Part shown: positions 1 to 15,481 of the stretch, piece by piece
Layout of the letters: each line of letters starts with the position of its first letter
How positions within the stretch are numbered: position 1 is the first letter of the stretch
NCBI RefSeq assembly: GCF_006345805.1
Contig: NC_043009.1
Location: 20,336,001 to 20,400,000 of the forward strand
DNA: 64,000 bases
Origin: Octopus sinensis
Taxonomy: Eukaryota
Reading direction: 5' to 3'
Translations under genes and position numbers: made by a program
The notes under the pieces: model-generated
What the model was told of the DNA's origin: nothing
What the model saw: only the letters and a program-made list of their open reading frames with translations
Database searches by the model: none

Positions 1-641
1 CAACTTTTAGTTGAGGGACCTTTCATTTGCAAGTTACTGGGCACCTCACTGGTGTCGATGCCAAATAAAAATCATCCACTCTGTAAAGTTGTTGGTGTCA
101 GGAAACACATCCAGCCTTGAAAACCATGCCAAGAGAGACAGCACAGTTTCCTGCAGTCTCCTGTCAAACTGTCCAGCCTTTGCCAGCATGGCAGTTGGAT
201 GTTGAAGGGGATATATATATATATATATATATATAAGTGTGTGGCTGTGTGGTAAGAAGCTTGCAGGTTTAGTCCCACTGCATGGTACCGTGAGCAAGTG
301 CTTTCTAGTATAGCGTCAAGCCATTGTGAATGGATTTGGTAGACAGAAACTGAAGGAGGCCCGTTGTATGTGTGTGTGTGTGTGTTTGTTTATCCCCCCA
401 CCATCACTTGACAACCAATGTTGGTGTGTTTATGTCCCTGCAACTTAGTGGTTTCGCAAAAGAGACAGAGAAATATTACACACATTACACTCTCAGAGTG
501 GTTGGCATTAAGAAGGACATCCAACCGTAGAAAACCATACTAAATCAGACTGGAGTCTGGTGCAGCCTTCCAGCTTGCCAGCCCTGGTCAAATCATCCAA
601 CCCATGGACAACAGATGTTAAATGATTATGATGATGATGAA

Positions 642-851
642 GGCAGCAAGCTGACAGAATCATTAGCATGCTACGTGAAATGTTTAGCGATATTTCATCT
701 GTTGCTATGTTCTGAGTTCAAATTCCACCAAGAAACTTTGCTTTTCATCCTTCTGGGGTCAATAAATTAAGTACCAATGAAACACTGGGGTTGATGTAAT
801 TGTCTAGTCCCCTCCCCCAAAATTGCAGGCCTTGTGCCTATAGTAGAAAGG
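642..851 (+). mobile_element. tRNA-derived SINE, family A
   Basis: A-box-like ctgacagaatc, B-box gagttcaaat, central ctttgcttttcatccttctggggtcaataaattaagtacca, (ATT)n tail. Many related copies in the window. Confidence 0.8.
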
Positions 852-1166
852 ATTATTATTATTGTCATTATCCTCTTCTTTCAATTTTGTTTCCATTTCT
901 TGCCAAGTGCCTTCCCAACACCTAGGGCAAAGAAACTCACTGTAATCATTGGTAGGCCATTAAGATAAGCATGTATGTATGTATGTATGTTTATATAGAC
1001 ACACAGTTTATCTTAAGTGTAATGAGACACAATATGAATAGATCTCCAACTTGTTCAACCAACTTATTACCATTTAGTTTAGAGCAGAGATAAAACACTT
1101 CCCTCTTTAATAAATTCAATTAACCAGTATAGATGATATCAAACAAGCTAGACATTCATATCATCC

Positions 1167-1198
<32 letters not shown>

Positions 1199-1822
1199 GT
1201 TATTAGTATTATTAACCCAGACAGTGTTTATTTATAGTTTACAAACATTAGCTTTCTTCTTTTGTTTAAGAGGCCAAATTTCAATAAGGAAATTTCTGGA
1301 ACAATAAACTATGGAACTCAATACGTTTGTTGTTCTTAGGAACAATGAGAACAGTTTCAAGTCCCAGCAGTAACTTTGCAACACTTTTCACCCCACTGGG
1401 TTTTAATAAAACAGCAACAGGAAACATTACAGCAATATGAGATTAACTTATGGTGTTTAGTATTAAAATATCACTTGTTGTTGCTTAGCCTTAGGCCTGA
1501 TTAAACAGCATTAATATCAAAGGCAGTCCACCCATGACCATCCTATACATACATACAAACAAAAATACCTTGTTGTTGATGCTGAAATTGCAATGAAGGG
1601 GCCTTGGATCTAGGTTAGAAGCCGGCTCTTTCTCTATTGGCAAGAAATCTTGAAATAAAACTGAATAATGACATAAATACATGAATTTTAACAAAGGTTG
1701 AAAGTGACTTCAAAATTTCTCCTTGCTTGTTATCGTCAGATATCAAATTTATCAATTTGTCAATAAAAAAGGAACAAAGAAATCAATACATGTGGTAGAA
1801 GGTATTATTTATATAAATTATA

Positions 1823-2388
1823 TTGGGTTGTCCGGAAAGTTCATGCCGATTTATAGTAGCTTACCTTTCGACTTATTTTAGAACATGGTTGTGTCCATAA
1901 AATAGGATTTCACTACACCTCCATTTGGAGCACAGTTTAAGCTATCTTTTCATGGAAGAAGGTTTATGTTCCTATAACCTGTGTTAATTCTGTAACCCTT
2001 TAAAATGGAAGATAAGAAAGTTCATTTTCGGCACTTGATGCTATGAGAACCAGATAAAAATTGCTGTAGCTCGGCTGGGATATGTTACCCCACCCTCCAT
2101 TTTCCCCAGATATTGCTCCTTCAGATTTCCACTTATTCAGGTCTCTGCAGAATAGTCTTAATGGTAAAAATTTCAATTCCTTGGATGATGTAAAAAGATA
2201 CCTTGATGAAGTCTTTGCCATGAAACCACCTCAATTCTGGAAAGAGGGTATTTTCAAGTTAAAGGAAAGATGGAGATGCATTGTGCAACAAAATGGTTCA
2301 TATTTGGTTGATTAAAAATGTAATGGCAAGTATTTATTGACCTTTTTCTTTCCTTTACAAATCGGCACAATCTTTCCAGACAACCCAA
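1823..2388 (+). mobile_element. Internally deleted mariner transposon
   Basis: Terminal inverted repeats ttgggttgtccggaaagttcatgccgattt / aaatcggcacaatctttccagacaacccaa with TA on both sides. Transposase N-terminus (MEDKKVHFRHLML at 2005) is fused directly to the C-terminus (LPHPPFSPDIAPSDFHLFRSLQNSL...GIFKLKERW, ORF 2082-2315). Confidence 0.93.
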
Positions 2389-3572
2389 TATTTCCTTCTC
2401 TCGTAACTTGAGTTTTACAATCTTCAGGCAAGAACTCTCTTCAGACTCATTTCTTAAACATTGAACTAATTTCATTCTTTTTTTTTCTGTGTTTTTTTCC
2501 TTTGGCAGTTTTTCTTTTTATTATTTATTGCATTATTGTCTTTCTAATACTGTTTTCTTTTGTTTTTGTTTTACAGTTTTCACTCTATTTTTTCATCATG
2601 TCATGTGTTGTTTGTAGAATGTTTTCATTGGTTTTATTGCTATTTGTTTATTTGTTGTTGCCTTTCCTTGAATTTGTATCATTTTTATTTCATTATTTTA
2701 TTCTTCATTTCCTGTCTTTTGCTAATTTTGAGTTTGTTCAGTCTTTATATCCAGTTCAGTTGTTTTTTTTTTCTTTTACTTCAACAATTTTCTTTTTCTG
2801 AAGCTATTTCCGTTTTTTTTTTTTTTTTTTTTTCTAGCCCTGCCTTACTGGTTGCTCAAGATGTGCTCAGGTGTTTCTAATATCCTGTTTATCTTGTCTC
2901 AACCATCGAAACTCGAGTCCTGAATGAATGAAGTTCACTTCAAATAAGTGTGTAAATGTGTGCATGTGTGTGCACCCAGAGCACTCTTTCACCTCCACCA
3001 CCACCACCACCACCACCACCACTACCACCACCACTACCACTACCACCACCACCATCTGTTAATACTGCAAACCCAAAAGTACCAACTCCATAAAAGTGCC
3101 ACCATTGATGGACTGTGCCCCTTGCGCCCCTACCACTAGTTATGCAACTGGTATGTGCATGTGCGTATGTGTGTGTGTGTGTGTGCGTGAAGTTCTCAAT
3201 GTTATTTACACCTATAATTTTCACTCCACCATTTCCGGTTGCAAACAAATATAAACAAAAACAATTTTTCTTTCTGCAAACAGAAACCTTGTTGTGACTG
3301 GTTTCATGTTGGAGACTCATTTGACAACATTTGACAACATTTGCCTTCAAAGAAAGATTGAAGATCGCACAGAGCTATTTAGACTCAACAGAAAGAGGCA
3401 ATCTAATTTGCATAGCAGTATAATCATTAACAATGTGTTTAATTAATTAACAATGTTGTAAATTAATTAACTAGTTATTATTTAATATTTGTTAATGAAT
3501 TAATTAACAGAGTTTATCAATAATCTGAAATCTCTGTTTGATGACAGGGTGAGAAGCATGTCGTTTTATTTT

Positions 3573-4058
3573 CAAATTTGGGCACAAGACCAGCAGTTTT
3601 GGGTGAGGTATTGATCCCAGTGTGTAACTGGTACTTATTTTATTGACCCCAAAAGGGTGAAAGGCAAAGTCAATCTTGGTGGAATTTGAACTTAGAATGT
3701 AAGGATGGACAAAATGCTGCTAAACATTTTGCCGAGCATCCTAAAGATTCTGCCAGCTCAGCACTTTGAGAATAATAATAATAATAATAGTAATAGTAAT
3801 AATAATAATGATGATGATGATGATAATGATGATGATGATGATATTGGTTTCAAATTTTGGCACAAGACCAGTAATTTCAAGGGAGGGGGTAAGGTCAATT
3901 AGATTGAACCCAATGCGTGACTGGTACTTATTTTATCAACCCAGAAAGGATGAAAGGCAAAGTCGACCTTGGCAGAATTTGAACTCAGAACATCAAGACA
4001 GAAGAAATGCTGTTAAGCATTTTGCCCCGTGGGCTAATGACTCTGCCCACTCACTGCC
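3573..4058 (-). mobile_element. Two tandem family A SINE copies separated by (AAT)n(GAT)n
   Basis: ggtacttattttat..acccc.aaagg.tgaaaggcaaagtc.a.cttgg..gaatttgaact occurs twice (about 3573-3765 and 3847-4058). Confidence 0.8.
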
Positions 4059-6289
4059 TCAAACACACATCTTATCGATTTTGAAAAGATATCTGAGCCA
4101 CATTATATAACTGCAATACAGGGACATGCGCGCACACACACACACACACATGCATGCATTCACACATACACACATGCAGAGAAACTTTTTTTAAAGTGAA
4201 TCTCGTTAAAAAAGAAAGCAAAAGAAACAGAAAAGAGTAATTCATTTGTGTTCGAAACCCATGTTGTTATTGTTGTCATTTAATCTCAACTCAATGTTGA
4301 CTCTGATCAAAGAAGTTTCAACCATGACCATCTCCACCAGGGACTATATGTCCTTCTTTTTTTTAAGTCATTAGTATGAGATACAGCTGTTATTATTTGA
4401 ATAATGGTCGACTACATAGAGGTCTCCTCGCACTGTTGATGTGTTTCTAACCAAACCCAACCAACGTTGGATCAGTTGAAAAAGTTCTTTAGAATAATAT
4501 TTCATGATATATTTTCCTCTAAGAGATTTACTCTTGATATGTTTATCAACAACAACATAAAAAATTGATCTTCCATTTCATTTTATGTGGTTCTTGGAAG
4601 AGAAACAACGAACTCTCGTCGACAGTCTGATATTTCTGATGTGTTACATGTTGATATATTCGGCAAGATTACCATCAACATCTTCCGTGTTTGTATGTCA
4701 ACATTTCAAATGCCATCAGTTCTAACCTTCAAATGACGTCTTTGTTAGATTTACCCAGCCTTAAATATGAAACATGATTTAACAAACAACAAACATGAAT
4801 GAAATGATTTAGAGATCCACATTTAAATATCACACACACACACACACACACGTGCGCATGCACACACACACACACACACACACACACAACTTTCTATTCA
4901 CTACTTCCTGGCCAGTGCCTATCTTCTTCCATGTATTTTATTTTTCTTTAGTATTATTTCTTTATTATTTTTATTTTACTGTAGTATATGTCTTGTTCTT
5001 TCTCCTGCAGTATATCTCTCCTGATTAAATGGTTTGTATATAAAAGCTATCAACGTGTAATTGAGACAGTGTTTTTTTTTTTATTCTTCATCCCAAACCA
5101 CTGCAGTGAAACTAAATCAGACAAAACTACAAACTCTCTTCTACCAAACATGATGCCAGTTCAGGGTTTCACTCAAAACTCTTTGAGGTCTGCAGAAAAA
5201 CATTTGTGGCTTCATTAAAGGTGGAACGGTTGCACTAGTAACATTTGTGAGTTGTCCTTAGAGACTGAAATGAATGGGAACATGACAGTTCAGAGATTTC
5301 TGTTTGTAGTAAGTAGCAGACAGGGGTAGAGGTGGGTATTTGGAGCTAGGGGTAAGTTAAGGTCCAAGAGGCTGAGACTGGGAAGATGGGACTACACACT
5401 CTAAGCCAGCCATCTACTGAAAAGGAGCAGAATGCTACCCTCACTATTTCAGTCATTGTAATAAGTCAAGATATTCATTTATTCTCAGACCAAAGATTGG
5501 TTTTAATGTCTGCAGAAAAGAGGTAGGACGGGATGTGAGAGTTCAAATATAGAAAGGACAGCAGTAAAAACCCTGATGGTGACCAACAAACTCAACATCA
5601 CATCCTTTCCCTCCAAATTCACTTGGCCATCCTACACTGTTGCTCTCAATCCATCTACCCAGGCCACCCCAACCTCTCCCAATCTACCCAGCCTTCTTAC
5701 CTCTCCCAATATGCATGTCCCCTAATGCAATATTTGACAACAGCAAAAATAGGAAATGTATTATTAGAAGTAAAAGGGCTCCATCCAAGCTACTGCACCA
5801 AATTTATTTATCTCTGACCATTGTATTTATGCATGGAATGATGTTTGTTTATTAAGAGATGTTTGTAATAGTGTAGACTGCCATCAAAAACTTAATATAA
5901 CATGAGATAAATGTTTGCAAAATCTTTTGAGTGTTACTGATAAGGAATCAAGGAAAATATGTAAAGCAATATCAATGAATGTAAACAAAGAACAAATATT
6001 TTGTATTTTTAGGTTGTTTAAGGATCTTATTTTTGGGAAAAAATTCCCTTTTCAAACAGGAGAAAGAAAAAAGTCAAAGAGTTTGGAGATGGGAGACCAT
6101 TCCAGTGATATGATAGAAAATCACAAAATAGTTCTATTCTACAATAATACAAAAATTTCACTATATTTATATTTCTATAATCTGAAATATTTCTAATTAA
6201 TACCGAAATTTATCATCCTTGTTATTTAGTGCCCACTCCCTATGTTGGTCATACAGATGACATGAGTCAGGCAAAATTATGGTAAGAAT

Positions 6290-6500
6290 TACGGTAGAAT
6301 TGTTAGCATACCAGGCAAAATGCTTTGCAGCATTTCATTCATCTTTGCATTCTGAGTTCAAATTCAAGTAGACGGTCAACTTTATCTTATATCCATTTGG
6401 GGTCATTAAAATAAGTACCAGCTGTGTACTAGGGTTAATGTAATTGACTTACTCCTCCCTTGAAATTGCTGGCCTTGTGCCAAAATTTGAAATCAATATT
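6290..6500 (+). mobile_element. Family A SINE
   Basis: Same A/B boxes and central domain as 642-851. Confidence 0.75.
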
Positions 6501-7074
6501 TTCCCTAATAAACAACACATATAGTTTCCATCTCTACCTCACACCATTTTCCAGTCTTGGAGGTTCTCCAGAAAGCATGGCCATCACCTTTTATCTATCA
6601 TAAGATAGATTTATAAGTTCAGCAGGAGAATATTTTTTTTTTCATATTTGAAGAAACTGTCTCAAGAAAACAATTGGCAGAAGCTGAATGATTTTAGTTC
6701 TGAGTTGGAAATGACTCATGAGTTGTGGAAATAAGGAAAATAATTAGGTGTGAAATGAAGAAATTAGAAGATGTAAATAGTGAATATACCTCTAACTTGA
6801 GATATTAAAGAGGATGTGACTAGACAGCCATGAGAAAAAATTAGCAAATTAAGTCTTTGTATAAAATTTCTGAAATAAACCTTAATTAATAGACTTCATA
6901 AAACATTACAAAGAAATATTCGTATCACCACCACCTCCACCATCTGTATCTCTATCACAACCACCACCACTACCCCCTTCCCAAATATCATTATTCTTGT
7001 TGCAGTCATCATCATGTTTCCTGATTATGAAATAATGTAATTGCTGAGGAGATAAAACAAAATAATAAAGCATC

Positions 7075-7197
7075 ATAACTATCATCACCATCATCACCAC
7101 CATCGTCGTCGTCGTCATCATCATCATCATCATCATCATCATCACCACCACCATCATCACCATCACCATGACCATCATCATCATCATCATCATCACC

Positions 7198-7252
<55 letters not shown>

Positions 7253-7351
7253 CCACTGCCATCATCATCATCATCATCATTATCATCATCATCATCATTG
7301 TCACCACCACCACCACCACCACTGCCGCCGCCGCCACCACCGCCACCACCA

Positions 7352-7383
<32 letters not shown>

Positions 7384-7445
7384 TCATCGTCATCGTCATC
7401 GTCACCACCACCACCACCACCACCACCACCATCATCAACATCATC
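7075..7445. repeat. Compound (CAT)n/(CAC)n trinucleotide microsatellite
   Basis: Directly visible; source of the poly-I/H/M ORFs. Confidence 0.95.
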
Positions 7446-9202
7446 CTTCAACATCTGCTTTCCATGGCAAATGTTGGACAGTTTGACTGGAGCTGATCAG
7501 CTGAAGCGTGACTTGGGGCTCCAAATTTGTTTTGTCCTGGTTTCTGCAGCTGGATGCCTCTACTAACACCAACCACTTTACAAAGTGAACTGGGTACTTT
7601 TACACAGCACCAGCATGGGTGACCCACAAGTCCACAAGATTAGGAACGCCCAGCTGAAGAGGTATGCAGGGGACATGCCTATGTGCAAGGACAACCCTGT
7701 ATTTACTTAGCTTGGTATGACTTCCCTAACCTGCCAGAAATCTCGAACCCTTGTCATCTTGTCTGTGAGGAGCCCAACATCTGAAGATCCTTTTTACCAC
7801 TTCGTCCCACCCCTTCTTCCACAAGTTCCCTCCACAATTATAGCTCATATATATGTAAAAACAAAATTGTAAAAAATAAAAAAATAAAAATATCATAAAA
7901 ACCTTTAAATATTAACCTTTTAGCATTTAAAACAGCCCCTACACCCAGCCCTGATATTCTACTGGTTTTATGTTCAGGCTGGCCAGATCTGGCTTCTCTC
8001 ACCTACCCTACAATATCTTTCTGAAACTATACAATGACATAATCAAAATCTCAAAGCTGAAAGCTGAAGAGTTAAAGGAATTTCTGAAGCAATGAGTGGG
8101 AGGAAAGATTGTGTGAGGGTAGGAGGGGATTATAGGAGGCAAGGGATGGGGTTGCATGAAAGCAAGAGATGGGATTCTGTGATGTTCATACCTTTCTGGA
8201 GGGTAAATCTTATTCCCTTTGGAATAATTCTTGCCATTATTTCCAGCTGTTTCACTTAACACCCAGCCAGTGACTTTTATGGCTGTGAAGCCATTAACCT
8301 TGTTTAAGATATAGTCTCTGATATCAACAACTTGACATAAACCATATTTCCAAGTTGCCAACCCATTCTCCATACATTCCACTGACAATAACATATATCT
8401 TTGGGCCTGTAGCACCACCAAAATACTTACAGAACTCTTTTCTTTGGTCTCTTACTTCATTCTAAGTTCCTCTTTCATATTCTTCTTCTTTAGAGAGGAT
8501 GAAATATTTGTCATGTCTTCAGAATGCTGAAGAATCTACGACTTCCTTTCTATACATAAATTTAATCAACTGATATAGGTCTACATACACAAACCCACAC
8601 ACATTTGCTAACACATAGGCACACTTACAATAATATTTACACAGAAATACACACACATACATACATACAGACACATACAGACACATACAGACACATGCAT
8701 ACATGCATATATAAATTCATACATACATACAATACATACATTAATGCATGCATACACTCATATATATATATACTCACACATAACTACCAGTACACATACA
8801 TACAAACACACACATTCACACATACATTCATATGTACATACATCACACATTACAAATATAACTTTAAAATTTCCAATTAAAAGTGTATGTGCGTATTTAA
8901 GGGTATATACACACATGCATATGTGTGTATGTGTGTGTGTGTAATATAATCTATTAAAATTATATCAAATACCATACAAAATAAATTCTTGAGGTTAATT
9001 TCTGTTTGAGAGAAGAATAAACAAATGCCTAGTAGTAATTGTGAGATAATCCTGATTAGCATAAGGCAAGGGGAGATAATCTTTCAGATATTAACATGTC
9101 AAACCATGGAAACCAAGTCCCCAAGAGTATCTTGGAATAATGATTGACTTGGAGAGTAAAAAGAGTTGCCCAACTGTTGCCAGCATAGAAAAGGATGGCA
9201 AA

Positions 9203-9238
<36 letters not shown>

Positions 9239-10014
9239 ACAGTGGTGGTAAAGAGGAAGAAGAGGATGTTTGTAAGAATTACAAATTCATTATTTCTAAG
9301 AACTTAACTAAAACCAGTTTTAACTCATCAAAATAAATAAGCCTGCAATAAACTTAGCACAAGGTTTTTTTTTTCCACTCACCTCAGCAGTTATTAATTT
9401 AATTAACTTTGAATAAGAAGAAGTAATTAATGATGTTTATCCAATGGGCAGGAAAAATATCATTTATTAGTGTTTTTCAGCAGATTTACACATAAAAAGT
9501 ATGTTATTGATGTAAAAATTAAAAGATTATGTGTTTGCTCTGCAAGATTCTTGATGTGAAAACGTGTGTTGAAACAGATATTGTTATACTTGAGGATGGT
9601 CATCTTTGTCTTTTTGCCAATTAAACACATGCATGGGAGCTGTATGGGAACAATTAGTTCCTTACCATTTCTTTCTATGGAAGATGTGTGGTTGACTGAC
9701 AGAAACATTGACATTGTTGAGAGATTCAGAATATAGACAGATGCTGGATTTCAGTTCAACTACAGGTTCTTCAATGTTTCCTTGTTTGAGCTAATGTACA
9801 CACACACACACACACACACGTGCACACACACACGTGCACACACACACGTACACATACACACACATATATACATATATTAATGGTTGTTTTTATGCACAGT
9901 TTTAATGATTTTTATTTCCAGCCATACACTATACTTTTGTAGAATACAAATTTATTATTCTTATACAAGAATATTGACATTGACTGAAGTTTTGGCCAAC
10001 TAAGTCATCATCAG

Positions 10015-10225
<211 letters not shown>

Positions 10226-10567
10226 TTAAAAATGGGTAAGGCTGGTTTATGGGAATACCTTAGGTTTTCCTTCCATAAAAGGTTTTAGCTTTATGGCGTA
10301 TCGTCCATGGGCTAACACATGATCACGTGACCAACCAGGCTACCAGATGTTGTTACACATCACTGGTCACAATGTGTTTTTGCATTGTTTTAGCTTTCGA
10401 ACGATGTCACCCCGACTGGCTAGACAAGCAGGCCAACATTCCCTCTCAAAAGGGGAACTGGAGCCATGTAGAATGAAGCGTTTTGCTCAAGAATACAATG
10501 TGACACCCAATCAGGGAATTGAACCTAAATGTTAGGTCAAGGGCTTTCAAACACACACACACACACG

Positions 10568-10633
<66 letters not shown>

Positions 10634-11274
10634 CACACACGCATACACACATGTGTATGTATGATTAGTTATGGAAACCTGTCATCTACAAGGAGCTGTG
10701 CACTCCCATTCACTTGCCCTTTATTTAATTGCTAAATAATTGGTTGCTAATTAATTGCTCAATATTAACAAATAGTAAATACCTTTTTAACTAGTTTAAT
10801 CTTTTTATCAATAATCAATTTTACTGAATAGACATTCAGCCAATCAGCTGCAAAGCTAAGGCCCCACCCAAACCCAATATCATTTACTTCTAGTAGATTC
10901 GATGAAGACCATTATCAAACACGGCAGCAGTCTACTTAACAAACACTTTGATTGTAAATCTCTATATTTATGAAACTAGTGTTTGCTAAGCTTTTCTCTC
11001 TTATGACGGTGATGGAGCACGGCAACAGTAGTGCTGGCTTCCTCTGGAATAATTATAGTTCTCTGGTTGCTGAAGGATTAGGCACAAAAAAAAAAGAAAA
11101 AAGAAATAGATATAAAACAGGAGGAGTCTATATATTAATCTGAAATCGATAACTTAATCCTAAGCTGATGTTTCGTATGACAGTGTTGTTGCTTTTTTGG
11201 AGGCTAAAAACAAAGACTTCAGAACAGGAAGATAGAAAGAAATATTGGTATATATATATAAATATGTATGTATA

Positions 11275-11307
<33 letters not shown>

Positions 11308-12369
11308 GTATATTCATATATATGCATATGTGTATATATGTATGGGCCCCAGATATGCAAGGAAGAAATGTTAGGAGAAGAAAGTGTAATAAAGGAATGT
11401 TCTGTTAGTTGACAGAGCAAAAATCTGTCCAAATACAAAACTATTTATTTTATCATTAGCCAAAAATTCATACCATTGCAATTATCGACTTAGAAAAGAT
11501 ATTTGCACCAAGCAAATCAATTTGTGTCTCCATGAGAGACATGAGTGTGTGTGTGTGTGTGTGTGTGACCAATGAAAGTTAATTGCTAAAGACATTGAGT
11601 TTTGTATCTGAAGTTGAGTGGTTAAGTTCCTACAGCCAGTTGACTTTATCTGTGACACAACCACTGGTCTGTTATCGGACAAATGGTTTATATTTATGCA
11701 TCATTTGTTAAAGATAAGGTGTCAAAAATAAAATCGTTAACGCCATTCCAGTATGTTGTTTACAAGTGGAATTCCAACATGTTACTCATCTGCTGGGTAT
11801 GTTGTGTTCTTGCTGGTCAGCTCAGCCACCAATAAAAACAATTCTTTATGGTTTTACTAGAAAGCCAGAATGGTTAGCAGCTTGCTGACGTCATCAATCC
11901 CATATAAAAAATCCTATTTGCAATTCACAGTTATTTTTATGTCTGTACACAGTGCTTTGGATTCAATTCCTTGGTAGTGAGTTGGTGTTTGTGATTCTGC
12001 TAGTATTCCATCTATAGAAGAAATAACAGAAAAAAAGAAGTGATACCGACAGATTGGCAAAAGTGTTGTACAAGATTTTGTCACTTAAATCCAATGACAA
12101 ACAGATGTTGCACTATTATTTCCTTTCTGGATCTGTTTTGTATTTTCTAAAGTTCTATGGCGGTGGATGCATGGTGAGTGAAATGTCATATCCATGTACA
12201 TGAGAAGATGAAAGCCACTCAGATTAATTAGGCTGAATTGGAGACAGTTATCATCTGACACGACAAGGCAATCATCATGTATGTATGTGTGTATGTATAT
12301 GTATATGTATGTATGTGTGTGTATGTGTGTATGCGTGTGTGAGTCTCTCTCTCTCTCTCTCTCTCACTC

Positions 12370-12407
<38 letters not shown>

Positions 12408-12563
12408 ATTAATAGTCATGGTAAGACAACAAAAGAATGAATGAAACCTCAATATTATGTAACTTCAGAAATTTATCTGCAATATAATATGTGACAATTA
12501 TTTGGTTGCCAAACTCGGAGTCTTATTATTGCAACCGAATAATTGTCACTTATTATATTATGG

Positions 12564-12648
<85 letters not shown>

Positions 12649-12888
12649 TTAAGGTAGCATTAAAACATCACTGGTCGCAATGCGCATTGCAAGCAGACCA
12701 ATGTTCTTCCCCTCAATCGGAAGGCTGGTTCATTGCAGAGTGACCCATTTACAGCTGAGTGCAGTGGAACAACATGAAATGAAGTGTTTTACCGAAGAAC
12801 ACAACCCACCACCCAGTCCAAGAATTGAATCCATGATATAGCAATCAGGAGTGCAACACTTTAACCACTGAACCACATGCCTAGTGGT

Positions 12889-12937
<49 letters not shown>

Positions 12938-13109
12938 TGATATATATTTTGTTTTATTTTGTTCTGTTTACCTTGCATTATTGTACCAATGAGTATTATA
13001 TTATATAAGTGTAGCATTATGAAGTTTATGCATAAGTTTTTATATTTTACATTTTTATATTTTTATATTTATATGTATATGGATAAATAATCTTTTTCAC
13101 AATTATAAC

Positions 13110-13235
13110 AAATTTAATTCTCTGAAGAGGCCGTGGGGCATCCTTGTTAATGCCTCATTTATACCTGCCTTTATGGCTTATAGGTTAAATGAGGTATGAC
13201 TGCCCTCGCTGCCGAAACAGCTGTCAGATTTGATT
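13110..13235 (+). ncRNA. Type I hammerhead ribozyme motif, probably within a Penelope-like terminal-repeat remnant
   Basis: CTGAAGA (13122-13128), stem II ggc...gcc, GAAA (13214-13217), minimal palindromic stem III C-agct-G, GTC cleavage triplet ending 13225, stem I tct/aga. Confidence 0.65.
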
Positions 13236-14944
13236 TAATTACATATTATATTTGAAATTTTATACTTATATCTCTTTGTCTATTTACTGTATATTTTATA
13301 TAATGCCTTTACTGATATGTAATGGTGTAATAAAGTATTGATTGGGTATCATCTGATAGTTGATGTTTTATTGATTTAAGTATGTTTCTCCATTTTCTAA
13401 TTTTGTAGTATTAATTTACGGTAATATTATTACCTTTACCCATATAATACAATAGATGAACTGATTGTTTGGCAATTTTTAACATCTATGTATTAGTCTT
13501 GTTGGGTACCTATCTAGCAGTATATTGGATATATATTATCCCATGGTGGGTTGAATTTTCAACCCCTATCTCATTTTATAATATATATATATATATATAT
13601 ATTCACACACTACTTCTCAAAAGTTTTGATTTATCAATAAAAACTTCTTGTTTCTCCCAAATTATTTTAATTTTATTTCCTTGAAAATCTTCGTTTGAAT
13701 TCAGAAATCAGGAATTTTTGTGTTCCCAGAACTATTCTTATCCAGGATTCTTTAACCAATTACTTAGGTGAGAATGTGGAATATTGGTTCTAGGGCACAA
13801 ATTTTGGAGTAACATTCTCGAAAGGTGCCACTACTGGAACACAGATGAAATATCTTGTTTGGTGGCTGTCAGAGTTATTTAACCTTAGGTCATTTCAGAT
13901 TAAGCAAACTTATCATGAAACATATCTAATTTTTGACTAAGGCTATCTAGGAATACATTAGCTAATGAATCTGTCTTATTTAAAATAGTCAGTGTAAGAC
14001 TTGAGAGAGATTTGGCTGCTGTTATTTCTAGCAAGTCAGACAAACACATGGAGATTCTGACCTTGGTTTATGCTGTTAATAAGATAACACTGAACATTAA
14101 AGGAGATCCACTTCCATTCCTGAACAACCAAAATCAAGTTTATTGCTCTGGGAATCTTTGAAGAACATGTAGCAATATTTTGGTAAGTCAGTATACCAAA
14201 ATGTACTTATAATTATTGTTAAAACATTGAAATAAAGTATTATTGCAAGAACTGGAAGGATATCATTTCTGTGAAGAATCTGCTAAAATACATCTGTTGC
14301 CAAATTATAGGAAGACACAACAATTTACAATATCTTATTCCACTAGTCTGGCACCAAATTGTTTTTGAAGAAGTCCCAACAGAGAATATGAAAATGTACC
14401 AAATTACACCATGCTAGTTTTGTCTTTGGCTCTTTGAGGAAACAGGGAAATTGTTTTTGTCGCTGCCTAAACTCATCTCAACCTCCATCAAACAGAAGAA
14501 CTTTTTGCTGCCCCTACCTCACCTTGCTGCACCTGTCTCCTAATCCCTCATAATTCTCCCTCTCTCATCTCCTCTTCCCCTTCACTTTGCTCTCACTCCA
14601 TTCGAAGTGAGCCCTTCATTAAACTCACATATAAAACGATACCCTGCACCACTCTTGCCTCCACCCCCAACACTCATTCTATCCCCTTCTCATGTCTTAC
14701 TTCTTCTCTCTCTCTCTCTTTGCTCTACACAGTGTCAGTTACTGAGAACTCATACTACACCCGGTACACTCATTATAATGGTTGGTGATAGGAAGAGCAT
14801 CCAGCCACAGAAAACGAAGTTCAATGCCATGCATGAGCACCAGTGTTTAGGACCAAAACCTTCCAATAAGAAATGTCTTGGTCACTGATGAGACATCTAA
14901 CCCAAGCTGGCAAACAAAGTGGATGTAACATGATGATGATGATG

Positions 14945-14978
<34 letters not shown>

Positions 14979-15415
14979 ATGTGAGTGTGTGGGGGATGTG
15001 TGCTTGTGTGTGCATGTATGTCTGTCTGTATGTATGTATCATTTCATCATGTTGAACCGTTAATCCCTACACATTTTTTCTCTCTCCATTTCTTTTCATT
15101 CTCTCACCATTATTTTGCTCTCAACCCTTTCTGTCAAAGAGTGTAGGATTAAAACATCAAAGACTTTTTCTTTCTTCCCAAGCAGCAAACTAATACACCT
15201 GCTTGTTGTTCCTTCACCTGTCTTCATCTTTTATTTTCTGTAAATTTGAACAACATACATACATACATATATACATACATACACACACACACACACATAT
15301 ATATATATAATATATATAATGTACACACATCTACATATACACATATATACTTATATACAAACATACGTATGTACATACATACATACATACATACATACAT
15401 ACATACATACATACA

Positions 15416-15462
<47 letters not shown>

Positions 15463-15481
15463 TCCCTGCACCCTGTATATT

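Noticed and set aside
2400-2880. Hydrophobic F/L-rich ORFs resembling membrane proteins
   Set aside because: Caused by T-rich strand bias; no recognisable motif or splice structure.
6906-7566. Long low-complexity ORFs (poly-M/I/H/D), and the many YI-, CV- and HT-repeat ORFs elsewhere
   Set aside because: Translations of microsatellites.
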